64,000 nucleotides of DNA from NCBI RefSeq assembly GCF_009914755.1, contig NC_060933.1; one strand, 5' to 3'. A program made the translations under genes and the position numbers. The first letter of the stretch is position 1; every line of letters starts with the position of its first letter. The notes under the pieces were generated by a model, which saw only the letters and a program-made list of their open reading frames with translations, was not told the origin of the DNA and did not search any database. Shown here piece by piece: positions 35,158 to 51,889 of the stretch. The stretch is from the human T2T-CHM13v2.0 reference genome, Homo sapiens.

Positions 35158-36157
35158 GTGTCCAAGTCACACAGAGCCACGGCATCTCACAGGTGTCTGA
35201 GAATTCCTCCTCCTGGGACTCTCAGAGGATCCAGAACTGCAGCCTGTCCTCGCTGGGCTGTCCCTGTCCATGTATCTGGTCACAGTGCTAAGGAACCTGC
35301 TCATCATCCTGGCTGTGAGCTCTGACTCCCACCTCCACACCCCCATGTACTTCTTCCTCTCCAACCTGTGCTGGGCTGACATCAGTTTCACCTCGGCCAC
35401 GGTTCCCAAGATGACGGTGGACATGCAGTCGCATAGCAGAGTCATCTCTTATGCGGGCTGCCTGACACGGATGTCTTTCTTCGTCCTTTTTGCATGTATA
35501 GAAGACATGCTCCTGACTGTGATGGCCTAGGACTGCTTTGTAGCCATCTGTCGCCCTCTGCACTACGCAGTCATCGTGAATCCTCACCTCTGTGTCTTCT
35601 TAGTTTTGGTGTCCTTTTTCCTTAGCCTGTTGGATTCCCAGCTGCACAGTTAGATTGTGTTACAATTCACCTTCTTCAAGAATGTGGAAATCTCTCATTT
35701 TGTCTGTGAGCCATCTCAACTTCTCAACCTTGCCTGTTCTGACAGCTTCATCAATAGCATATTCATGTATTTCGATAGTACTATGTTTGGTTTTCTTCCC
35801 ATTTCAGGGATCCTTTTGTCTTACTATAAAATTGTCCCCTCCATTCTAAGGATTTCATCGTCAGATGGGAAGTATAAAGCCTTCTCCACCTGTGGCTCTC
35901 ACCTGGCAGTTGTTTGCTTATTTTATGGAACAGGCATTGGCGTGTACCTGACTTCAGCTGTGGCACCACCCCCCAGCAATGGTGTGGTGGCATCAGTGAA
36001 GTACACCGTGGTCACCCCCATGCTGAACCCTTTCATCTACAGCCTGAGAAACAGGGACATTCAAAGCACCCTGTGGAGGCTGTGCAGCAGAACAGTCAAA
36101 TCTCTTGATCTGTTCCATTCTTTTTTTTGTGTGGGTAAGAAAGGGCAACCACATTAA
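35158..36157 (+). pseudogene. Olfactory receptor family 7 subfamily E (OR7E) pseudogene, copy 2
   Basis: [22 protein letters not shown] (TAG 35528-35530), [24 protein letters not shown]. Further stops near 35197 and 35651. Expected start codon reads ACA. Confidence 0.94.
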
Positions 36158-36707
36158 ATCCCTACATCTGCAAATCCTGCCCTTAGTCACATTATTTCTG
36201 TGGCTTGATGGTTTTATTCCTTTCCGCATTTCCTATGTGAATATTGTTTTCTTCGTTATGCCTTTAACTGGAATGGGTGAGTATTCTGGGATCCTTTGTT
36301 TAGCAGAAACCTCATGACTGAATCATCTATACCTAGGCGGCCTCCTTTAGTTTCTGAGCAACAACCCTGTCATCCAGGTGGAATCACAACCATCTTTTTA
36401 TATACGGGAAGTCCTCACTTCATTTTGGAATTCCCTGAAAATTGACTTTATGGAAGCAATGTACAGCAGGTCCTCCAACACCACTGGTACATTCAAAGTT
36501 GTGTAGTTGTAATGTTGGTGAGGAATAAGTGGTTTCACTATACCTAATTTTGCTTAAAGGTGAAGTTTCCAAGAGACTTTCAAAGATGTTAAGTGAGGAC
36601 ATACTGTACATCAAATTCATATCCTCTTCCAGAGTTCATGTGGAATTTCTTTATAAACTGCTTCTAGAGAATCTATTTAGGCAGGTTATGTGTAGAGATC
36701 CATGTCA

Positions 36708-36860
36708 CCGGTCCTCAGTCTTGACTTTGAGTCAAATCACCTGGGGAGCTTACAAATGATGAGGCCTGGGTCTCATTACCTCAGATTCTGATTTCCCTGC
36801 ACCTGTGTATGTGGTTTTGTTTTTTTTTTTTTTTTTAAAGCACCAGAGGTGGTTGCAATG
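36708..36860. mobile_element. MER5A-like DNA transposon fragment
   Basis: aatcacctggggagctt...cagattctgattt motif. Confidence 0.5.
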
Positions 36861-37009
36861 ATGAAGTTTTTAGAGGCACCAAGCTCCAATGAGTAAGAAC
36901 AGAAGTTAATTGTAGTATGATTTCTTCAAATATTATCTTCAAATGCATTGTCCATCAACACCATACAAATGTTTATTATGCTGTTGTTTCTTACCATTTA
37001 GCATTTTCT

Positions 37010-37346
<337 letters not shown>

Positions 37347-37529
37347 ACCACTTAGCATTTTCATTTTACATTTGTTGAAATTATAGATTTATACACACTT
37401 TGATGCTGCTTTGTTATACACTTGCATATACATAAGACGGGAAATAGAAAAGAATAAAATGGGCACAGTATCCCTGAAGTTTCACATTCTGAGACATGTT
37501 AAAAATATTTGCTTTTTAGAAATTTGTTT

Positions 37530-37980
37530 CAAATGAGAAACTGTGGTATACACACACAATGAAGTATTATTCAGCCTAAAAAGGAATAAACAAAATCCTC
37601 TCCACTGCAGACAAAATGGATGAGATTGCAGGTCTGTATTATTAAGTGAAATAAGCCAGGCACAGAATGACAAATATTTCATATCCTCACTTCCATGTAG
37701 GAACAAAAAAGAAAATCTTGGCCAGGTGTGGTGGCTCAGGCCTTGTAATCCCCGCACTGTGGGAGGCCGAGTCGCACGGATCACTTGAGGCCAGGAGTTC
37801 GAGACCCACCTGGCCAACATGGTGAAACCCTGTCTCTACTGAAAACACAAACAATTAGCCGGGCGTGGTGACGCATGCCTGTAGTCTCAGCTACTCGGAG
37901 GGCTGAGGCCCAAGAAGCGCTTGAACTCGGGAGGCAGATGTTGCAGCGAGCCCGGATTGTGCCTGTATACTCCAACCTAG
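37530..37980 (+). mobile_element. L1MA 3' fragment (37530-37719) followed by an Alu body lacking its terminal ~20 nt and tail (37720-37980)
   Basis: aaactgtggtatacacacacaatgaagtattattcagcc...taagtgaaataagccaggcacaga...caaaaaagaaaatctt, then Alu up to actccaacctag. Confidence 0.9.
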
Positions 37981-37986
37981 TGAGCC

Positions 37987-39388
37987 GAGATTGGGTTCGT
38001 GATTTGGCTCTCGGCCTGGCTGTTGCTGGTTTTTAGAAATGCCACTGATTTTTGCACATTGATTTTGTATCCTGCAACTTTGCTGGAGTTGTTTATCAGC
38101 TGAAGGAACTTTTGGGCTGAGACTCCGAGGTTTTCTGTATGTAGAATCATGTCATCTGCAAACAGGGATAGTTTGACTTCCTCTCTTCATATTTGGACAC
38201 CTTTTATTTCTTTCTCTTGCCTGATTGCTCTGGCCAGGACTTCCAATACTATGTTGAATAGGAGTGGTGAGAGAGGGCATCCCTGTCTTCTACTGGTTTT
38301 TAAAGGGAATGCTTCCAGCTTTTGCCCATTCCCATTCAGTATGATATTGGTTGATGTTATAGATGACTCTCATTATTTTGAGGTGCATTCCTTCAATACC
38401 TAGTTTATTGAGAACTTTTAGCATGAAGGGATGCTGAATTTTATCGAAGGCCTTTTCTGAGTCTATTGACATAATCATGTGGTTTTTGTCTTTAGCTCTG
38501 TTTATGTGGTGAATTATGTTTGCTGATTTGCATGTGTTGAACCAACCTTCAACCAAGTAGGATGAAGCCTACTTGTTTGTGGTGGGTTAACTTTTTGATG
38601 TGCTACTGGATTCAGTTAGCAAGTATTTTGTTGAAGATTATTGCATCAATGTTTGTCAAGGATATTGGCCTGAAGTTTTTGCTTTTTATTGTGCCTCTGC
38701 CAGGTTTTGGTATCAAGATGATGCTGGCCTCACAGAATGAGTTAGGGAGGAGTCCTTCCTCCTCAATGTTTTGTAATAGTTTCTATAGGAATGGTACCAG
38801 CTCTTCTTTGTACATCTGGTAGAATTTGGATGTGAATCCATCTGGTCCTGGGCTTTCTTACTGATTGAATTTCAGAGCTCATTATTGTTCTATTCAGGGA
38901 ATCAATTTCTTCATGGTTCAGTCTTGGGAGGGTTTATATGTCCAGGAACATACCCATCTCTTCTAGGTTTTCAAGTTCTTGTACATAGAGGTGTTTGTAG
39001 TAGTTTTGGATAGTTAGTTTTCTGTCTGTGGGGTCAGTGGTAACATCCCCTTTGTCATTTCTAATTGTGTTTATTTGGATCTTCTTTCTTCTTTGTTAGT
39101 CTAGCTAGTGGTCTATGTATCTTATTAATTTTTTCAAAAATCTAACTCCTGAATTTATTGGTTTTTTGAATTTTTTTGTGTGTGTCTCAATTTCCTTCAG
39201 TTCAGCTCTGATTTTTGTTATTTCTTGTCCGCTGCTAGCCTTGGAGTTGGTTTGCTCTTGCTTCTGTAATTCTTTCAGTTGTGATATTAGGTTGTTAATT
39301 TGAGATCCTGCTAACTTTTTGATGTGGATGTTTAGTGCTATTACTCTCCCTTTTAACACTGCCTTAGCTGTGTCCCAGAGTTTCTTGT
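37987..39388 (-). mobile_element. LINE-1 (older L1PA) ORF2 fragment; right half of the split element, 5'-truncated
   Basis: gagattgggttcgtgatttggctctc... continues the L1 left at 13161. Minus-strand ORFs translate to ORF2p ([29 protein letters not shown]; [12 protein letters not shown]). Confidence 0.93.
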
Positions 39389-39859
39389 AAGTCAGCAAAT
39401 CTCTTAATGATTGATTTTCATTGGTGTGTTAGTTATTTACTAAAAACTTTATGCAATATATACATGATTGTGTTGATCATTATGCCTTATTTCTGTGCAT
39501 TAAAAATCCTTCTATACTCACCCTTTGGGATATTTTATAGCAGTTGATCTTTTAAAATCTTATGAGCTCATGGATTTTCATGGGATTATTATTCTCTTTG
39601 TGTTGCTCAAATGGTTTGAACTTGGTGGCGGAGCCCCTTCAAGGAGCATCTTTGCTCCAGAATTATGTAGGATATATTTCAAACTATTCTCACTCTTCCA
39701 ATAAAAAGATGTGTAGCCTCAACTTGATGTTTTCTGCCTGTGGAAATGCCTATAGTCTTTTCACAGAGCTACACTTTTCATTTAGTGGAAACAACGATCT
39801 GATTGTTTTTCTTGAGCACAAGTAATAGCTGAAATCACTTTTTAGTAATTTTAGAGAGA

Positions 39860-40759
39860 TGTAAACTAAAAATAAAATTCTAAGCCCACACTGACTGAAC
39901 AGATCCCCGGTTGGCCAAGGGGACCCCAGGAAAAACTTAAAAACTTAGTTCCCAGCCACAGTGGGATGGGAGGTCATACAGGCCCTTTTTTTACCCCTTC
40001 TCTTTTATGGTTTGGACACAACAAGTAACCAGCCTTAATGTTAAAATAGAGATCATAAGACTGACAGAACAGACTCTTTGTGACAATAAGATACCAAATT
40101 ATAAACAAGATCTAAGACCATACCAGGCAAGGGTTAAATTACACATCTCTACACCTAATGAACAAACTATGTTCTAGCTGCCACAGGTTTTTCTTTTTCT
40201 CCAGCAGGTAAATAAGCACTGCTCTTGAGATAAGTAATATTAAAACAATTTGCAGCTCCACCAGATGCTGACTAACTTACCGCCTGTTCCACTAGCCATA
40301 GCTACAGCTTTGACTGGACAAGAGACTGATTTCAGTAACTTTCTCCTGATAAGAAGACCACTGACCATGGACTGGCCCTGGCTGGCTGTGCTCTTGCGTG
40401 CATTCGTGTTCTTAAAAAACCTTTTGATGTGCAGGGCCTTACTATAATACATTTAAATGTTAAGTCACCACCCCAAAGTGAACATGCATGTTACATGCAT
40501 GTTTGCTCGATAAGCATGTGTCAGGACCACCTTCATGAATATTCATAGCTCCTCCTGTAACCTGTTGAGTATTTATATTTATCCAACCTATTTGGCATAA
40601 AGCTCCTGCCCTAACCCCTCCTCCTTCAGAGTGCCTGTCTCTGGGCTTGGCTGGAGGCCCACTTTCTAGCCTGAGGGATGGTCACCTTTTACAAGAAATA
40701 ATGTCTCCTCTCTTTTTCTAAATTTGTAAATTGTATTTATTAATTTTTTTAAGTTAATA
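39860..40759 (+). mobile_element. Solo LTR, MER4 group (MER49-like)
   Basis: tgtaaactaaaaataaaattctaagccc...ttggccaaggggacccc...ttttaagttaata, ~900 bp. Confidence 0.8.
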
Positions 40760-40882
40760 GAGGCAAAGCTAGAAATTGAGTTGTTTTTTTTTTTTTTTAC
40801 AAGAGCATGAGTTCACATTTCTGCTTCCATTTGAACTACACATTTGAATTTTATGTATTGTCCTTATAGAGAAAAAATTTCC

Positions 40883-41197
40883 GGCCCGGTGCGGTGGCCC
40901 ACTCCTGTAATCCCAGCACTTTGGGAGGCCAAGACGGGCGGATCACGAGGTCAGGAGATAGAGACCATCCTGGCTAACAAGGTGAAACTCCTTCTCCACT
41001 AAAAATACAAAAAAAAAAAAAAAATTAGCCGGGCCTGGTGGCAGGCGCCTGTAGTCCCAGCTACTCAGGAGGCTGAGGCGGGAGAATGGCGTTGAACGTG
41101 GGAGGCGGAGCTTGCAGTGAGCCGAGATTGCGACACTGCACTCCAACCTGGGCGGCAGAGCGAGACTCCGTCTCAAAAAAAAAAAAAAAAAAAAAAA
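40883..41197 (+). mobile_element. Alu (AluY-like)
   Basis: Full dimer, long A linker and tail. Confidence 0.95.
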
Positions 41198-42389
41198 TTC
41201 ACTCCATTTTCTGAGCCTCTGTTACAGACAACATTCTTTTAACATATGTGTCATAACACTGTGACTTATGCTAGATTATAATAGTGCCTAAAGTTTTTAT
41301 AACAAATTGCGTGCCTACAGGCTTGGTTGTTGGACGCCTCATTAAGGGTATGATTCTACTTCTTTTCTTTTATGGGACTGACGCGTTTTTTCAACAAATA
41401 CTATTGTATGCTTTATTATGTTCCCCTTAAAATTATCCCGAATAGACGCCACATTATATTGACAAAGAGGGACAAATTCATCGCTACTCATTTCTGGAAA
41501 TTTCAATGAGAATAAGCACAATAATAATAGTTTAAAGTATATTTCTAGATATTTTTCAATCTCCCCAGGAATTGAAAAGTTGTAGTTTTTTTCTCTTTCA
41601 AAATTGGAAGTGTTGTTTTTGGATGAGTGAAAGGAGGATGTAGAAAATGATTCCACAGCTACCGGATTGTCTAGAACGGGATTTCCTTTTCTGATTGACA
41701 GTTTACCATGTTAGAATAACAGATTCTCAAGAGGAGGACAGTGCATCACAAAAATTGGTCAGAACATGTTGTCATGAGGTTGATGCTTTCATTCTGGGGC
41801 CTTTATAGGGATGTTTGGGAAAAGTTCATAAAAGGGAACCTTGTTGCTCAAAGCTATCCTCTTTTTTTTTTTTTTTTAATTCTTATTTAGTTGGTCAGTA
41901 ACCATCAGTAGAAAATCATAGGAATGTGGACCAAACACATAGATTTTGGCTTTAGGTCTCTATGTACTGGTGTTGAGTGGAGAGTAATAAAGTGAAATCA
42001 ATATGGTGATTCAAAGAAGTAAATAAAATCTAAGATCTCTAATATCTGATAAAATTGGATTTACGCTGAATATTACACTAGAAGTATAGACAATAGAAAA
42101 ATGCACTTCTCATCAAAGGATAGTGAAAGTAGTACTATATATTTGGAATATATAGTCTCTCAAATATTTAACTTTTATTTAATCCCATTCTTGAGGGTAG
42201 AAAGGGAAAAGAGTTATTAGAGTGAAGAATGAGGAGCTGGTTTCTTGGTAAGAGAAGGCCAAGCATGATGGATAATGCCTTCTTTACAGATTATAAACCT
42301 GACTTTGAAACACGATTAGGTAATGAAAGAGGGGGGTTTCAAAGAGGAAGAAATAGTGGAATAGTCATTTGGCAGAAAAATTTATTTTA

Positions 42390-42390
<1 letters not shown>

Positions 42391-42425
<35 letters not shown>

Positions 42426-42710
42426 TTGAGACAGAGTCTCTCTCTGTCTCCTAGGCTGGAGTGCAATGGCACGATCTTGGCTTAGTACAACCTCTGCCTC
42501 CCGGACTCAAGAGATTCTCCTGCCTCAGCCTCTGGAGTAGCTAGGACTACAGGTGCCTGCCACCATGCCTGGCTAACGTTTGTATTTTTAGTAAAGACAG
42601 GATTCCACCATATTGGCCAGGCTGGTCTTGAACTCCTTACCTCAAGTGATCTGCCCGCCTCAGCCTCTCAAAGTGCTGGGATTACAGGCTTGAGCCACCA
42701 TGCCCAGCCA
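42391..42710 (-). mobile_element. Alu (AluS)
   Basis: Reverse full Alu with long poly(T). Confidence 0.95.
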
Positions 42711-45375
42711 GAAAAATCTATTATAGTCTTTACTCCTTAAGGTGACAATAATTTTTTTTTTGCATGAAGTAGTTGAAAAGGAAAATTTCTATCCTGTGCT
42801 TAATTCTCATATGAAGAGTTACAGAGTACTGAGGAATTTCTGGAGTTCACAGTGATTTTGCACTTTGGATCTTACAACACATCAGAAAAAAATAGGGACA
42901 TTATGGACTGTCTTCTCATGTTCTGTAGATTTTAAGAAAGTAGATTTCAGATATTTCACAGAAATGATTTGCGTGTTTCTTTGGGCAGAGTGTCTGAAGT
43001 ACTGCCCAGGGCAGATCAGAGCTGCTTGGAGTTTGAGGAATCCCTGAGTCTGTTATGAAGCACACACCGCAGCTATCACTGCTGTCTTTATGAGATGTAG
43101 GAAACAGGACTGGTACGCATGCCACATACTTGTAAAGGCAGCTATTGAATTCCACCCATTGCCTCACTTTCACAGTAGGTGAATCCACCCAGGATAGTAC
43201 ATGTCTGTTAATATAAATTTTGTAACATCAAAGTACTAAAAAGATTGGGAGTTGAGTTGTTTGCCGTCAGACTTTATTGCATGTTTCTCATTTCTTTTCC
43301 CTGCCTGATATTTTAGTTGCAGAGTCCATGTAGAATTTTTATCTATAGTGTTTAACCCAACAAGTACCAAATGTAAAGGACAGATGTCGACTCTTATGGA
43401 AATGGACCTCAAGCAGCATGAGAACGGCATCTGTTAGTCGATAAAGTAATGGCACTGCTGAGAGTATGTGAATAAATCCATGGCTGTGAGAGCCTTCCTG
43501 TGCATTTTGTTCCCATTCTGCTTCCAAGTATAATTCCAAGTCCACCGTGTCTAGTAGAGCCTCCTTCACGAAGACGGCCCTACAATGGCATGAACGGTTT
43601 TTGAGTCTTGCCTCCACTGGAGATTTCTCCCACCTCGCCATCCTGCTGACATTCTCATATAACTGCCTCCATAGCCCTAAGGGTGTGTCTATTGTGACTG
43701 CGTGTCTGTTCTCACTGTTCTGATTCAGACATACTTGTCATTATAAGATCCTTTTCCCTTTGGAACAATCAGAGTACATTATGCAAATGTATCCAGCATG
43801 GAAATACTGGACGTTCACGGTGAGGGATTTCCAGCCTCATCTCTTGCATCTGGCTGCTGAAACATGACAAACCTCACACACACATGGGTATACACACACA
43901 GTCACACTCACATGCTATTTTTTTCAATAGTCTTCCAAAATGCCTGTTCCTCTGTCTTATTTTTCTTTTATCTCTCCTTTCTGGCCATGGTCTATGCACT
44001 CTCTATTTCTTTCATCATTCAAAGTGATGTTCACTCCTTTGATGAAACATATTTTCTTCTCATGGCCTTACTTTATGTTCATGCCTTTTCTTTCTCTGTA
44101 GCCTATAACTTGTATTAAGAAGATGTTTCTAGCATAAAAAGTAATTCCTACTGGCAGGAAACTTGAAAGGATTTTAGAATCCCCAATGAGTTTGATGAAG
44201 TGTGAATAAAATTAAAGGTTCATTTTCCTCTACAGAGAGACCTTGCTCTTCTGTAAACATAAGGCAATCAACGGCAATCAGATGACATGGCAGGAAACTT
44301 CCATCTTTATTAAAAGTTTCAGAGATGTTAGAGCTAATCCTGAAATATATATTAGAGGCACTTTTTTATGTAAGTTTTTTTTTCAGTCTGAATAATTTGA
44401 TACTTTTCAAATAATTTCTCTTCATATTGAATTCTCATTTTAGTAAAAGCTTCCTCAGCCTCCTGTTTCTCTAGAAAACTTTGTGAGATCTTCGCTTTAT
44501 CTTTGAAAGGTGAGTCGTATCAGGCTCCATCACATAAATCATGCAGTCCCAAACAATGTGGTCTGAAGCAGGACTGTGAAGAATAAGTCAGGTCTTTATC
44601 AATATGTTTGCTCTCTAAAGTAAATATACCTAAATCTAAATGGAACCAAAAAAAAAAAAAGGAACCCAATAAAAAGATGGTTTGAATAGAAACTACTAAT
44701 ACATACAACACACATGCACCTCTTTAAGCTGCAATGCTGTATTTTCTTGGTGGTGTCTGTAATTGTCCATTGGTTGACACTCTCCTGGTGGTCTGCCAAG
44801 GGCATCGCTCTGGATCAGATTCTATTATAAGAGCACTTGTCAAGAGCAACATCTAGACAGCTTCAGGCCATAAATCCAACCTTCAGGCATTAGAGGTGAG
44901 GGGCTGCATTTCTTCTTGCAGCTGGGCAAGTAGTTTTGAGTTATAAAGGCTTAGGTCCTTCTAGGCTGTGTGGTGAGCTCCTTTACTGGGGATTTGTTTC
45001 TCTGATCACCTTACCTTCCATGCCCTCACTGTGACTGGCAATATGCAATCTAGTGAGCCTCTGGCGTCAACTCTAGATATGATTACTGCAAAGTTCTGCC
45101 TCTCTCACCAAACTGGCTTTAGCTTTTACAGAAATAAAAATTAGACAGCTCCCAGATGTTGATGCTGAGAAAGTATTGTGGTTGCCACACACTGGGACTC
45201 AGACACACAATTAAAACTCAATCTAAAACTCAGTCCTGCCTCACAGTCAATCCAATATGCTATGCCATACCCTAGACCCAAATCCATATTGTCATAATCA
45301 CATATTTTTTAGGTGTGTCTAATTTTCTAACCTGTCCAGGGACTCAACTCAATTCCTGTTAAGAGACCCATATAG

Positions 45376-45745
<370 letters not shown>

Positions 45746-45849
45746 AAAGAGACCCATATATACCCAACCCAGTCCCTAAACCTGAAAAAAATGCATTAAC
45801 TTTATACATTGCATCTCTGTTTCAATCATTCCAAGTGTCTTGTCAGCTC

Positions 45850-48420
<2,571 letters not shown>

Positions 48421-48934
48421 CACCCTTGTCTCTCTAAGTTTTGTGGAAAAACAAATAAGGCAACCCTCATATTACAATGATAAAGATATATACAGTATAA
48501 AGATATTGTAGCTGCCACATACAAACACCTGAAGTCACAGTTCAAGAACTTGAATATTCTACATTAGAGCTTTGCTCTAAACCAACTGAATTTCTTTAGC
48601 TCCCAATGTTATTGAAGAAAAATATTTATTTATGTATTAGTTACTTACCTGTATTTATTGGATGTCTTCTATGCACAGAAACTGGAGTTTGATGTTGATC
48701 AAAGTTTCCAAATAATTGATCCCCGGGGCACCTTTTTGATGACCTCTTTCTCTCCCACTCATCCTACTGCTGCTACACTGGCCTCCTTCCTGTCCTGGAT
48801 ACTTTATCAGCATGCCTCATCTTAGGCCTTCACCCTCTGTCTGCTCTCTTCTCTCAGACATCAGAATGAATTACTCTCTGTTCATCCAGGTTTCTGCTTG
48901 CATATCAGATTTCCCAGGAAGGAAGATACCCTGC

Positions 48935-49908
<974 letters not shown>

Positions 49909-51889
49909 ACTTTATTACTTTTATATCACTCACAACTTCCTAATAATATACTATAATAATTTGCTTTTCTGTTTGGTTCTTATTTCTCCCACTTGCATGA
50001 AAGGTGCAGTAAAGCAAGAAGTTTGCTTTCCCATTGACTACTAATGCTCAGCTCCTCAGACATTGCTTTGCATATGGAAATCTCCCACTATTTGTTGACT
50101 GAATGAAATTTTAAACAAATTTTCAGTGTTCATATGTTGATAGTTTATTTGTTGTAAATATTTTAATGTCTGTGACATGTGGCTCTTCTTTTATTCTTAT
50201 GTATATCATGTCTTCCCATAAGGGAGTTTTGAATTTAAATCTTTCCATTAACTACTTATGTTGTTGTATGTGTGTATCTTGCTTAAGAAGGCATTTCTTA
50301 CACCAAGAGCGTAAAATTTTTCCTGTATTTTCTACTAATATCATATTTTTACATTTTACTCTATTTCCATTTGATTTTAATTTTGTACAGAGTGTAATAT
50401 AGGAATATAACTCTTCCCCTACATGAGCATGAACCTGACACTAACTCATTAATCATCTACATAGTCGACATTGATGCAAAGCATTGCTTTTGCCACAATT
50501 TATTTATATTACATAATTTTTTGATTTTTAAATTTGCAACCTAGCATGTAGTTATAATTTTGTGTTTGAAAATAATGTGTATTCCAGTTGATTGATGACT
50601 ATAAGTATGCATATGGTTTATCAACACAGTACTTATGTTCAAGTATTTTAATTGTGTTATTAACATCTCTGTACTTTATAATTACTTTATCTCGTCTGTT
50701 CATTTCAGACTAAAAGGGTTATCTCACTAGAATTACACATTTTTTATTTTCACTCTGAACTTAATTTTTAAAATATATTCTGAAGCTATATATTAGGCAC
50801 AGATATATTATAGCTCCTATATCTACTAGTAGAGTGTAGCTTTTTATCAATATGAAATATCTTTTTATCTTTTTAGTGGCTTTTTTCAATCCCCTTCTTT
50901 AGACATGCATTTGTCGTTTTGTTGTAGGCCTGTCTTTTGTAAATGAAATAGCTATTTTTAAAAATATTTAATCATAGAATATCTGTCTTTTGAGAAATAT
51001 TCTTCACCCAAGTGTGTTTATTTAGACTGTAGCTATATATAATTTATTCCCATCATCTTATTTTATATTTTCTATTTACCATGCTTTCTTGTTCTTTTCT
51101 GTCTTTTTTTTTTTTTTCCTTGACTGGACTTTATTGAATTGTTAAAGTTTTCTGAGTTTTACTCTTTTCTTAAAATCTTGGACATGTCATATAGTATTTC
51201 ATTTTACAGTCATGGTAATCAAATTTTAGCACATATTTAACTTGTCATTTTTTTCTAAAATTCTCTAGCTCTTCAGTATTTATAATCCCTTCCTTTAAGA
51301 GAAAAGAGCCAGGGAATCCTTCACTTCTACAAGAGCCACTTCTCCTAAAGCTATGTTAAGGACCATAAAGTTCTGTTAACCAGTTTCCGATTTTTATTGA
51401 TTTTGGTTCTTACTCACCAGCATTTAAATTCACATTTACTTAAACTTCAGTTTTACTTCCTTTTTGCTTTACCACTGTTACTTGTATTTCAAATCTACCT
51501 ATGAGATTTATTTTCAGTTTTACTACCATGCAGTTTGCAAATTGGTTACCATTTCTGACTTCTTGTATTAAAAAATAATAATAATTTCCCATCCTGAAAG
51601 ATGATTTGGTTGCTCAGAGAATCTAATATCAAAGATATTTACTCTCAGAACTTTGAAGAGTTTTAACTAATACATTCTTTTATATTATAGAGTCACTTTT
51701 TTGTAATATAATAGCTACATGAAAATGTAATCACTATGTAAAGTTCAGCCTTAGAGGTACAGTGCCATGTCTTTGTTGAACATTCCCCAATTCCAACTTT
51801 AACTTGGGCTAAGTTTGATTCCCCTTGTGAGATGTAACTACTCTCATCAAGGCTATTTTTCCAGATCATTTTTCTGGTCATTTATAGAT

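Noticed and set aside
19029-36157. Functional olfactory receptors
   Set aside because: Both copies have several stops or frameshifts and lack the expected ATG.
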